DNA of 57,613 nucleotides from contig NZ_UQYC01000001.1 of assembly GCF_900545205.1 (NCBI RefSeq), positions 1 to 57,613 on the forward strand, in the 5' to 3' direction. The translations under genes and the position numbers were made by a program. Every line of letters begins with the position of its first letter. The stretch's first letter is position 1. The notes below the pieces were generated by a model. The model was not told the origin of the DNA, searched no databases, and worked only from the letters and a program-made list of their open reading frames with translations. Shown here in pieces: positions 24,231 through 32,690 of the stretch. Origin of the DNA: an uncultured Veillonella sp. (GTDB lineage: Bacteria; Bacillota; Negativicutes; Veillonellales; Veillonellaceae).

Positions 24231-25550
24231 ATGAGCCGTATGACAAAGGAAGAAGTTAAAGAACGTGTTTGTAAAGCAATTGTTGATGCACAACCACGTT
24301 TACGAGAATTAGCAGAATCTATTATGGCTGAACCTGAATTAGGTTTTAAAGAGGTAAAAACATCTAAAAAGGTTCAAGCTATGTTTGATGAACTTGGCAT
24401 TTTTTATACTACAGGCCATGCACTGACAGGTGTAAAAGGTAGAATGAAAGGCCGAGATAGTAAATATACGGTTGCCATGGTTGGGGAATTAGATGCCATT
24501 CTGTGTCCTCGCCATCCTCGTGCTGATGATTTAACAGGGGCTGCCCATTGCTGTGGTCATAATGTACAAATTACTAATATGTTTGCTGTAGCTATAGGCT
24601 TACAAGCGGTGATGGACGAATTAGCAGGCGATGTTGTACTATTTGCCGTTCCGGCAGAGGAAATGATTGAAATTGATTACCGCAATAAATTGCGTGAACA
24701 AGGAAAACTCAAGTATATGGGCGGTAAACAACAGCTCATCTATGAAGGTGCTTTCGACGATATCGATATGGCTATGCAAATGCATGTGGAGACTGCCAAA
24801 ACTCCAGCTGGTGAAATGGGGCTAGGTAGCACCTCTAATGGTTTTGTATCTAAGCTGATTGAATATCACGGCAAGGTAGCTCATGCGGCTCAAGCACCTC
24901 ATGAAGGCATCAATGCTCTTAATGCTGCTTTGATGGGTGTTATGGGGGTTAACTCCATTCGTGAAACTTTCAAAGAAAGCGATTATTTCAGATTCCATCC
25001 CATCATTAATCAAGGGGGTACATTGGTAAATTGTGTGCCTGATTATGTTCAAGTTGAAAGCTATGTGCGTGCCTCTAATATTGAAGCTATTGTAGATGGT
25101 AACCATCGTGTTAACAGGGCATTAAAAGCCGGTGGTGATGCAGTAGGGGCTACATGTATTATCAATGACCTACCAGGCTATTTACCGATGCGTAATGATG
25201 AACGTATGAATGCTCTATTACGAGAAAATTCAAACCCTATCTTTGGTGAAGCCAATGTATACCAAGGCCCACATATTACAGCTAGTACAGACATGGGGGA
25301 CGTATCTCACTTGATGCCGGTTATCCATCCATGGGTTGGCTGTATCAGTGGTGTACTACACAGCGCAGAATACGAAATCTCTGTACCTGATGTAGCTTAC
25401 ATTAAAACAGCACAAGCCTTGGCTATGACAATCGTAGACTTATTATATGATGATGCAGCAGGCGCTAAAGATGTATTAGACAACTTTACACCAGTATTAA
25501 ATAAAGAAACTTATATTGAACTCTTAGATCGTATTGCTAAGGGGGAATAA
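24231..25550 (+). CDS. M20D-family amidohydrolase
   Basis: PELGFKE, GELDA, HCCGH, PAEE, MQMH, GKVAHAA..PHEGINAL, STDMGDVS, LHS metal-ligand motifs; start after AAGGAG. Confidence 0.92.
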   Translation: MSRMTKEEVKERVCKAIVDAQPRLRELAESIMAEPELGFKEVKTSKKVQAMFDELGIFYTTGHALTGVKGRMKGRDSKYTVAMVGELDAILCPRHPRADDLTGAAHCCGHNVQITNMFAVAIGLQAVMDELAGDVVLFAVPAEEMIEIDYRNKLREQGKLKYMGGKQQLIYEGAFDDIDMAMQMHVETAKTPAGEMGLGSTSNGFVSKLIEYHGKVAHAAQAPHEGINALNAALMGVMGVNSIRETFKESDYFRFHPIINQGGTLVNCVPDYVQVESYVRASNIEAIVDGNHRVNRALKAGGDAVGATCIINDLPGYLPMRNDERMNALLRENSNPIFGEANVYQGPHITASTDMGDVSHLMPVIHPWVGCISGVLHSAEYEISVPDVAYIKTAQALAMTIVDLLYDDAAGAKDVLDNFTPVLNKETYIELLDRIAKGE

Positions 25551-25553
25551 AAT

Positions 25554-25599
25554 AAACCACCTATCGAAGATGAATTGATTATCTTTGGTAGGTGGTTTA
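25554..25599 (+). terminator. intrinsic terminator after the amidohydrolase
   Basis: AAACCACCTATCGAAGAT...ATCTTTGGTAGGTGGTTT. Confidence 0.75.
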
Positions 25600-25661
25600 A
25601 AATTTTATTAAACAGTTTTTGAAAAAGTCACTAATTGTTAACTAATAGAAAGTATAGCTTT

Positions 25662-26039
25662 ATGTATAGCAATTTATTCCATTCAGATGCGACACTGTAT
25701 ATAGTTATTGGTTTACTACTATCTAACTATATGTTAATTAAAAATCAACGTAATAATCTCAAAAAATTTATCATTGTTTTTTTATTTAGTAATATATGGG
25801 GAGGAGTAAATCTTTATTCTATGTATGAGCATATTAATGGTATTGAAAAAATCAATACATTATGCACATTACTCCTTATTTTGGCTGGTGAATATATATT
25901 TTATTATCGTTATAAGAAAGGAACATTGGAAGGAGTATCTAAAATATATTTTGATATAAATAATTCTTTATCTATTATTATAATTGTTTCTTTTAGTATT
26001 ATTGGAATAGTTTTTCTACTCTGGGAACTATTGAAGTGA
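25662..26039 (+). CDS. small ~4-TM membrane protein (array family A, copy 1)
   Basis: Hydrophobic ORF, AGAAAG RBS; shares IE..N.L..L.....G.YI.....K.GTL motif with 27946-28311. Confidence 0.75.
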   Translation: MYSNLFHSDATLYIVIGLLLSNYMLIKNQRNNLKKFIIVFLFSNIWGGVNLYSMYEHINGIEKINTLCTLLLILAGEYIFYYRYKKGTLEGVSKIYFDINNSLSIIIIVSFSIIGIVFLLWELLK

Positions 26040-26044
26040 ATATT

Positions 26045-26215
26045 ATGAAAAAATTATTTTTCTATGCATTTGCATTATTTTCATTGACTTCAATTATATA
26101 TGGAATGGCGTATGATTATATGAACGGTGCTGAAATTCACTATGATTTTTTTGGTGCTGGATTTGTTAGTTGGTTAATATTCTTTGGTATATTGAAAGCA
26201 ATTTTAAATATATAA
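26045..26215 (+). CDS. 56-aa 2-TM microprotein (array family B, copy 1; not in ORF track)
   Basis: Hand translation MKKLFFYAFALFSLTSIIYGMAYDYMNGAEIHYDFFGAGFVSWLIFFGILKAILNI*; supported by an ungapped paralog immediately downstream. Confidence 0.75.
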   Translation: MKKLFFYAFALFSLTSIIYGMAYDYMNGAEIHYDFFGAGFVSWLIFFGILKAILNI

Positions 26216-26248
26216 ATAATATTAATTCAAAATTTGAGGTTTGGTTAA

Positions 26249-26419
26249 ATGATATAGCTAGTATTTAATTTGATCTTTTTGATTCTATTATTCTCTATTA
26301 TGGGAAAAATAATATATGACTATATTAAAGGCCATAATATAGAATATAAATCTTATAGCCTTACTTTTGTATGCTGGCTTGTTATTTTTGCTTTATTAAA
26401 ATTAGTTTTTGAGCTGTAA
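26249..26419 (+). pseudogene. 56-codon paralog of 26045-26215 with TAG at codon 3 (family B, copy 2)
   Basis: GAGGT RBS + ATG ATA TAG...; MI*LVFNLIFLILLFSIMGKIIYDYIKGHNIEYKSYSLTFVCWLVIFALLKLVFEL*. Confidence 0.7.
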
Positions 26420-26476
26420 GCCTTGAAAAAAATATTTCAACAGGTGAAGAAGTAAAAATGAGGTGTAATAGAATCA

Positions 26477-26806
26477 ATGAAATTAATATATTATTTTGCT
26501 ACTATATCCTTGTTTTTAGCATTTGCCTATAGTGTAACTCAATATATCCGAAGATCCAATAAGGACATAAATGAAAAATATAGACTGATTAGTTTGGGTA
26601 TATTTTTATTTGTGCTTTTTACAGATTTAAAGTTCTTAGATACCTTAAATAAAGAATTTAAGTACCTAATTGAGTTTTTATTGTTATCATTTAGTACATA
26701 CATGTTTTCACTAATTTTTAAAAATAGTGATAATAAATGGACTTATTATTTATTTTCTCTATTTACTATATTGTTATTTTTAATGGCTATTTTATTCTCA
26801 ATCTAA
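26477..26806 (+). CDS. small 4-TM membrane protein
   Basis: GAGGTG RBS; four hydrophobic segments; very AT-rich. Confidence 0.75.
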   Translation: MKLIYYFATISLFLAFAYSVTQYIRRSNKDINEKYRLISLGIFLFVLFTDLKFLDTLNKEFKYLIEFLLLSFSTYMFSLIFKNSDNKWTYYLFSLFTILLFLMAILFSI

Positions 26807-26934
26807 CTTTATATTAATCAAACATGGGTTATTAGTGTATTTATATATTGTGTATATTAAAAATATAATAAGATTGATTGTATGATGAGGACATTAGTAT
26901 GACTTTTATAATTAAAGAAATTGGATAATCATAT

Positions 26935-27387
26935 ATGAATGTAAAAATTGTTAAGTTATTAAATTTAATAAGGTTTAGAATAATTGGAACAATTTTTTTA
27001 GCAATTACTATAACAGGTAATGCTATTGAGGCGACTGCACCGAATGTAGACTATAGGTTTATTATCCCTATATTAGTTATGGGTGGCGTGTTATTAACAC
27101 CATTAATTCGTGGACGTCGTATTGTTAAGCGTATATATAGAAGAGGGATAAATCAGTATAATTCGAGATTAATTGTATATATATTATTTATTTTAGGGTT
27201 TCACAATAAATTAGTTGGTATACCTATAGCGAAAAAGAGTATTTATGGTTGGTTATTTTTGGGATTTTGGGTTATAGGTTCTATTATTACTTTTGTATGG
27301 ATGTATTCAAATAATGTTCCTATATGGATATTATGCATTTCTATGATTATAGCTATTTATAAAATACTAAAGTCATTATATAGTTAG
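26935..27387 (+). CDS. small multi-TM basic membrane protein
   Basis: Hydrophobic segments with an Arg-rich loop; an in-frame upstream ATG (26899) is separated by a TAA. Confidence 0.7.
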   Translation: MNVKIVKLLNLIRFRIIGTIFLAITITGNAIEATAPNVDYRFIIPILVMGGVLLTPLIRGRRIVKRIYRRGINQYNSRLIVYILFILGFHNKLVGIPIAKKSIYGWLFLGFWVIGSIITFVWMYSNNVPIWILCISMIIAIYKILKSLYS

Positions 27388-27496
27388 GGTTTTGTCAATT
27401 TATTTGAATAGAACATTCTATATTTTAATATGATTTAACATGACTGTTATTTTATAAAAGAGTTATTTAAAGCTAGTTAGGAGATAAGTCTGCTAA

Positions 27497-27880
27497 ATGA
27501 TAAATAAGTTTGATTATACTTTTGGAGTAGTATTATTTATTTTGGTTTGGGATCTTCGTGCGTATTATAAAAATGTATTACAACGGAATTTAACTCGTAA
27601 GCAGCAAGAATGGGTAAATAAAATGCGATACCCACATTTATATAAATTTACAAATTTAGTAAGTATAGTGGCTGGAATTGTTTTTTTAATATTCTATATG
27701 TTCTTTAATTTTGGATATGCTTATTTTTATCCATTAGGTGCAGTCCTAGTAATTCATTTTTTTAAAGATTTCATTAGAAATATCCAGAAAAAGGAATCTA
27801 GTACATATAAAGATGGACGTAATGAAAATTATATATACATAGTTGGAATTATTTTTATCTTATGGATAATATTTCATTAA
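27497..27880 (+). CDS. small ~4-TM membrane protein
   Basis: AGGAG RBS; hydrophobic segments separated by basic loops. Confidence 0.75.
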   Translation: MINKFDYTFGVVLFILVWDLRAYYKNVLQRNLTRKQQEWVNKMRYPHLYKFTNLVSIVAGIVFLIFYMFFNFGYAYFYPLGAVLVIHFFKDFIRNIQKKESSTYKDGRNENYIYIVGIIFILWIIFH

Positions 27881-27945
27881 TTTAATAATGCTATTAAATT
27901 AAACTTTTATTCTATGGTTGTAATATCTCCTTAGAAAGCAGACGA

Positions 27946-28311
27946 ATGGAAAAACAAATAGTAAATATATTTTTACTTTTAGGTTTTAATTATTATATGA
28001 TTAAATCTTGGGGTACACGGAAGGTTACAATTTTAACACTAATTGGCAACTATTTCTTAATCAGTATTTTAATAGAATCGTATTTTGGGTTACCTAAATT
28101 CATTGAGGACTTTAATGCACTATTTATGCTTGGAATAGGTATGGTAGGTACTTATATCTTATGGCGTAAAAATAAAGCTGGAACACTAACTGAGTATGAA
28201 AAAAGAGGATGGATTCTGACTCGTACTTTCTTAGCATTATTTGTCTTATCTGTATTAGTAGGTGTATTAGTTTTTTTGTTTATGAAGTATATTTATGGGA
28301 TATATATCTAG
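27946..28311 (+). CDS. small ~4-TM membrane protein (array family A, copy 2)
   Basis: AGAAAG RBS; paralog of 25662-26039. Confidence 0.78.
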   Translation: MEKQIVNIFLLLGFNYYMIKSWGTRKVTILTLIGNYFLISILIESYFGLPKFIEDFNALFMLGIGMVGTYILWRKNKAGTLTEYEKRGWILTRTFLALFVLSVLVGVLVFLFMKYIYGIYI

Positions 28312-28366
28312 AACTAGGTTTATTGCTTTTAATAGTTCTAGTCAGACAATTATATATTCTGAAAGA

Positions 28367-28396
28367 TTGACATTCTTCCCCCTGTATTGCTACAAT
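28367..28396 (+). promoter_or_regulatory. promoter of the glyQS leader
   Basis: TTGACA-N18-TACAAT with TG extension. Confidence 0.6.
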
Positions 28397-28412
28397 ATTG
28401 TGTATAATATAT

Positions 28413-28613
28413 GCGATGAAGCAGAGTAGTAAACCTCTCTAGCGAGTGAGGATGGTGCAAGCTCACATTTGGTTGAAGGCGCTGTAGAGCATTGGCAGGA
28501 ACGCAGGCATCTGTTAGTAAAGGCCAACATAGAAAAAAGAGGGCGCAAGCCAAATAGGGTGGAACCGCGGGTATACTCGTCCCTGTAACGTTTTTCGTTA
28601 CAGGGACTTTTTT
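28413..28613 (+). ncRNA. glycine T-box riboswitch
   Basis: GCGATGAAG..AGTAG stem I start, GGTGCAAG distal motif, GAA-GGC specifier (Gly, 28478-28480), T-box AGGGTGGAACCGCG (28556-28569), terminator GTCCCTGTAACG/CGTTACAGGGAC + U6; precedes glyQ. Confidence 0.95.
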
Positions 28614-28665
28614 GTTTGTAACGAAATGGTTGATTTTATGTCGGTTGTGTAAAGTGGAGGCAGCA

Positions 28666-29541
28666 ATGACATTTCAAGAGATTATTTTAAATCTACAAAA
28701 ATTCTGGAGCGATCAAGGTTGTATCGTTCAAAATCCATATGACATCGAAAAGGGTGCAGGTACAATGAATCCTGCAACATTCTTGCATGCTATTGGTCCT
28801 GAACCATGGGCGGTATGTTATGTAGAGCCTTCTCGTCGTCCAGCAGACGGTCGTTATGGTGATAACCCTAATCGTTTGTTCCAACATCATCAGTTCCAAG
28901 TTATCGTGAAACCATCTCCAGATAATATCCAAGAATTATATTTACAATCCTTGGCAACTCTTGGTATTCACGCTGAAGATCACGACATTCGTTTCGTAGA
29001 GGATAACTGGGAATCTCCAACATTGGGCGCTTGGGGCCTTGGTTGGGAAGTATGGCTTGACGGTATGGAAGTAACGCAGTTTACATATTTCCAACAAGTT
29101 GGTTCCATCGACTGTAAACCAGTGTCTGTAGAGATTACATACGGTTTAGAACGTTTGGCTATGTACATTCAAGGCGTAGAAAACGTATATGATCTTAAAT
29201 GGAATGAAAACGTTACATACGGTGACGTTTGGCATGCTAACGAAGTTGAACAATCTGTATATAACTTTGAATTAGCAGATACAGATATGCTCTTCAAATT
29301 ATTTGATATGTATGAAGCAGAGGCAAAACGCGTTTGCGAAGCAGGTTATGTATTACCAGCTTACGACTATGTATTGAAATGTTCCCACACATTCAACTTG
29401 CTTGATTCCCGTGGTGCTATTTCTATCAGTGAACGTACTGCTTTCATCGGTCGCGTACGTGCATTAGCTCGTATTTGTGCACAACAATACCTTGCTAAAC
29501 GCGAAGAATTAGGTTTCCCACTTTTGAAAGGAGATAAATAA
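28666..29541 (+). CDS. glyQ: glycine--tRNA ligase alpha subunit
   Basis: [47 protein letters not shown]; start after GGAGG. Confidence 0.98.
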   Translation: MTFQEIILNLQKFWSDQGCIVQNPYDIEKGAGTMNPATFLHAIGPEPWAVCYVEPSRRPADGRYGDNPNRLFQHHQFQVIVKPSPDNIQELYLQSLATLGIHAEDHDIRFVEDNWESPTLGAWGLGWEVWLDGMEVTQFTYFQQVGSIDCKPVSVEITYGLERLAMYIQGVENVYDLKWNENVTYGDVWHANEVEQSVYNFELADTDMLFKLFDMYEAEAKRVCEAGYVLPAYDYVLKCSHTFNLLDSRGAISISERTAFIGRVRALARICAQQYLAKREELGFPLLKGDK

Positions 29542-29542
29542 G

Positions 29543-31594
29543 ATGGCAAAGGATTTATTATTTGAAATCGGTGCAGAAGAAATTCCTGCCGGCTTTATGC
29601 CAAATATCTTAGGTCAATTGAAAACATTGGCTGAAACAAAATTAAATGATGCCCATCTTCCTTTTGAAAGCATCGCAACCTACGGTACACCACGTCGTTT
29701 GGCTCTTATCGTGAAAGGTCTTGCTGATGCATCTGCTGAGATCAGCGAACGTCATAAAGGTCCTTCTGCATCCATCGCCTATGATGCTGACGGCAATGCT
29801 ACAAAAGCAGCTATCGGCTTTGCTCGTGGTAAAGGTCTTGATGTAGCCGATCTCGTTGTAGAAGACGGTTATATCTATGCTGAAACTAAAACTGCCGGCG
29901 TACCTGCAAAAGATATCATTACCGACATGTTGCCACAATTGATTACAGGTCTTAACTTCCCTAAATCCATGCATTGGGGCAATTTAGATGCTAAGTTTGT
30001 ACGTCCAGTACGTTGGCTTGTAGCATTACTTGATGAAGAAGTAATTCCTGTAGAATTTGCTACTGTAAAATCTGGTAATGTAACACGTGGTCATCGCTTC
30101 TTAGGGGCTGATGAAATCACTATCAAAAATGCAGCATCTTATGTAGATACATTAAAAGAAAACTTTGTTATGGTTGATCAAGACGCACGTCGTGAATTAA
30201 TCTCCAAACAATTACATGATATTGCAGCTTCTAAAAACGCATCCATCGTTTGGGATGATGATTTGTTAGAAGAAATTAACTATCTTGTTGAATGGCCTAC
30301 AGCATTGTGTGGTGGTTTTGAAGAGTCCTACTTGGCACTTCCTGATGCAGCCATCATTACACCAATGAAAGACCATCAACGTTACTTCCCATTGATTGAC
30401 CAAGACGGCAAATTGTTGCCAATGTTCTTAACAGTGCGCAATGGTTCTGACCATTCCATCGAAGTAGTTCAAGCTGGTAATGAACGCGTATTGCGCGCTC
30501 GTCTTGATGATGCTAAATTCTTCTTTAACGAAGATCGCAAGAAACCTCTTATCGACCGTCAAGATGGTTTGACTAAAATCGTATTCCAAGAAGGTCTTGG
30601 TAACTTAGCAGATAAAACTGAACGTTTACTTAAATTGGGCCGTGTATTTGGCGAAGAATGTGGCTTGCACGAAGATGCAGCTGTTGTATTGGAACGTGCT
30701 ACAGAGCTTGCTAAAACTGACCTTACTACAGGTATGGTTACAGAGTTCACAGAATTACAAGGTGTAATGGGTAAAGAGTACGCTTTACTTGATGGTGAAT
30801 CTCCTGAGGTAGCAGAAGCTATTTTCGAACAATATTTACCACGTTTTGCAGGTGATGTATTGCCTCAAACTGAAGCAGGTAAAGTATTGTCCATCATCGA
30901 TAAAGTAGATAATATCGTAGCTACTTTCAGCCGTGGATTAATTCCTACAGGCTCTCAAGATCCATATGCATTGCGCCGTCAAACAATTGGTATCTTGAAC
31001 ATCTTGCTTGGTAGCGAATGGAATATTAGCTTGCGCCCAATCTTCAAAGCATCTATGGAATTACTTAATGTACCAGCTGAAAAACAAGAGGAATTGCTTG
31101 GCCAAGTAGAAGAGTTCTTCACACTTCGTTTGAAAAATATCTTCCTTGATCGCGAAGTTCCTCATCATGTAATCGACTTGTTGTTGTCCAACAATGAATT
31201 GTCCGTTGCTGATGCAGAAGGTCTTGTAAACGCATTGTTAGCAAATCGCATCGATGAAAATGTTGAGCTTGTTCAAGCTTATACTCGTATGTACAATCTT
31301 GTAAAAGATGTAGAATATACAGGCGTTAATAGCGACTTGTTGAAAGAAGATGCTGAAAAAGCATTATTCGAAGCTGCTTCTAAAGCATCTGAAGCAAGTC
31401 TTGCTGCATGGGAAGCTAATGATTATGCTGCAGTTGTAGCAGTTCCAGCTACTTTGGTTCCAGCCATCAACAAATTCTTTGAAGATGTAATGGTTATGGA
31501 TAAAGATGAAGCTATTAAAGCTAACCGTTTACAACTTGTTCGCTTAGCGTACAACGTAATGGCTATTATCGGCGATATTAGTGCATTAAAATAA
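29543..31594 (+). CDS. glyS: glycine--tRNA ligase beta subunit
   Basis: LLFEIGAEEIPA, TPRRL, FVRPVRW, EFTELQGVMG, PTGSQDPYALRR, NRL. Confidence 0.98.
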   Translation: MAKDLLFEIGAEEIPAGFMPNILGQLKTLAETKLNDAHLPFESIATYGTPRRLALIVKGLADASAEISERHKGPSASIAYDADGNATKAAIGFARGKGLDVADLVVEDGYIYAETKTAGVPAKDIITDMLPQLITGLNFPKSMHWGNLDAKFVRPVRWLVALLDEEVIPVEFATVKSGNVTRGHRFLGADEITIKNAASYVDTLKENFVMVDQDARRELISKQLHDIAASKNASIVWDDDLLEEINYLVEWPTALCGGFEESYLALPDAAIITPMKDHQRYFPLIDQDGKLLPMFLTVRNGSDHSIEVVQAGNERVLRARLDDAKFFFNEDRKKPLIDRQDGLTKIVFQEGLGNLADKTERLLKLGRVFGEECGLHEDAAVVLERATELAKTDLTTGMVTEFTELQGVMGKEYALLDGESPEVAEAIFEQYLPRFAGDVLPQTEAGKVLSIIDKVDNIVATFSRGLIPTGSQDPYALRRQTIGILNILLGSEWNISLRPIFKASMELLNVPAEKQEELLGQVEEFFTLRLKNIFLDREVPHHVIDLLLSNNELSVADAEGLVNALLANRIDENVELVQAYTRMYNLVKDVEYTGVNSDLLKEDAEKALFEAASKASEASLAAWEANDYAAVVAVPATLVPAINKFFEDVMVMDKDEAIKANRLQLVRLAYNVMAIIGDISALK

Positions 31595-31641
31595 TATATT
31601 TTGTATTAGATACATTAAACTTTTACAGAAATATATGAAAG

Positions 31642-31668
31642 AAGAGGTACCATTTGGTACCTCTTTTT
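31642..31668 (+). terminator. intrinsic terminator after glyS
   Basis: AAGAGGTACCA-TT-TGGTACCTCTTTTT. Confidence 0.85.
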
Positions 31669-31762
31669 GCTTTTACGAAGAATATACATATTTTATGCAG
31701 GAATTTTTGAGATCATGGCGAATATCTTATAATATACAAAGTTGTATGAGGAGATAAATGTC

Positions 31763-32149
31763 ATGAATCATGATGAATTATATAAAGCCTTATGTAAGGT
31801 GCCAAACGGCAAAGAAAAGTCTCGTGATAAAATAATTATAGAATTATATATGCGATCTCAAGGAGCATCTCAAAAACAATTAGTAGATGCTCTTAATATG
31901 CGTCCCGCTACAGTATCGGAGCAGACGGATATACTCATTGAATTAGGGTATGTCACAAAGCATATTGATTATATGGATAAACGAATTTCTGTAGTAGGAC
32001 TTACTGAAGAGGGGAAACGACTAGGTAAATCATTACTACATTCGTATGATCAATTTCTTAATGTACTATTTTCTGATTTTTCTGATGATGAAAAAGATGA
32101 TTTATACCGCTTGTTAGGTAAGTTAAAGCGCCCAATCTTAAGTAAATAA
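31763..32149 (+). CDS. MarR-family transcriptional regulator
   Basis: wHTH SQKQLVDALNMRPATVS..LIELGYV..DKR..LTEEG; C-terminal FSDDEKDDLYRLL. Confidence 0.85.
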   Translation: MNHDELYKALCKVPNGKEKSRDKIIIELYMRSQGASQKQLVDALNMRPATVSEQTDILIELGYVTKHIDYMDKRISVVGLTEEGKRLGKSLLHSYDQFLNVLFSDFSDDEKDDLYRLLGKLKRPILSK

Positions 32150-32223
32150 TTAGTTTCTCAAAATTATATAGAAAATACTTGCGAACAGTACGTGATTTAT
32201 GATACTATATTGCTGTTAATTTG

Positions 32224-32263
32224 AGACAGTCCGCTGCCTATAAGGTGTAGGTATTGAATGTCT
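32224..32263 (+). promoter_or_regulatory. putative L19 leader (autoregulatory RNA hairpin)
   Basis: AGACA..TGTCT outer stem with GTCCGC internal loop and TGCCTATA/TGTAGGTA inner stem just upstream of the rplS RBS. Confidence 0.65.
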
Positions 32264-32280
32264 GCAAACAGGAGGAAACA

Positions 32281-32622
32281 ATGAACATTATTAACGTACT
32301 TGAACAAGAACAACTTCGTACAGACATCCCTACTTTCCGCGCTGGTGACACAGTTCGCGTACACGTAAAAGTAGTGGAAGGTTCTCGTGAACGTATCCAA
32401 GTATTCGAAGGTTTGGTAATTAAACGTCAAAACGGTGGCGTACGTGAAACTTTCACAGTTCGTCGTATTGCATCCGGTGTAGGTGTAGAACGTACATTCC
32501 CACTTCACAGCCCACGCTTAGCTAAAATCGAAGTTATGCGCCGTGGTGTTGTTCGTCGTGCTAAATTGTACTACTTACGTAACCTTACTGGTAAAGCTGC
32601 TCGTATTCGCGAAAAACGCTAA
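32281..32622 (+). CDS. rplS: 50S ribosomal protein L19
   Basis: [48 protein letters not shown]. Confidence 0.99.
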   Translation: MNIINVLEQEQLRTDIPTFRAGDTVRVHVKVVEGSRERIQVFEGLVIKRQNGGVRETFTVRRIASGVGVERTFPLHSPRLAKIEVMRRGVVRRAKLYYLRNLTGKAARIREKR

Positions 32623-32627
32623 TGTTC

Positions 32628-32660
32628 ATAAAAGGCTGCCGTCGGCAGCCTTTTATTTTT
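32628..32660 (+). terminator. intrinsic terminator after rplS
   Basis: ATAAAAGGCTGCC-GTC-GGCAGCCTTTTAT. Confidence 0.88.
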
Positions 32661-32690
32661 GCTAAAATTTAGATGTAGAAAGGAAATACT

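Noticed and set aside
25600..28345. Integron-like cassette array with attC or other repeated spacers
   Set aside because: By-eye comparison of the intergenic spacers found no shared repeat beyond the TAGAAAG RBS of the two family-A genes, and no integrase. A motif search could still revisit this.
28350..28553. 67-aa minus-strand ORF
   Set aside because: Overlaps the Gly T-box leader and its promoter; the non-coding explanation is far stronger.
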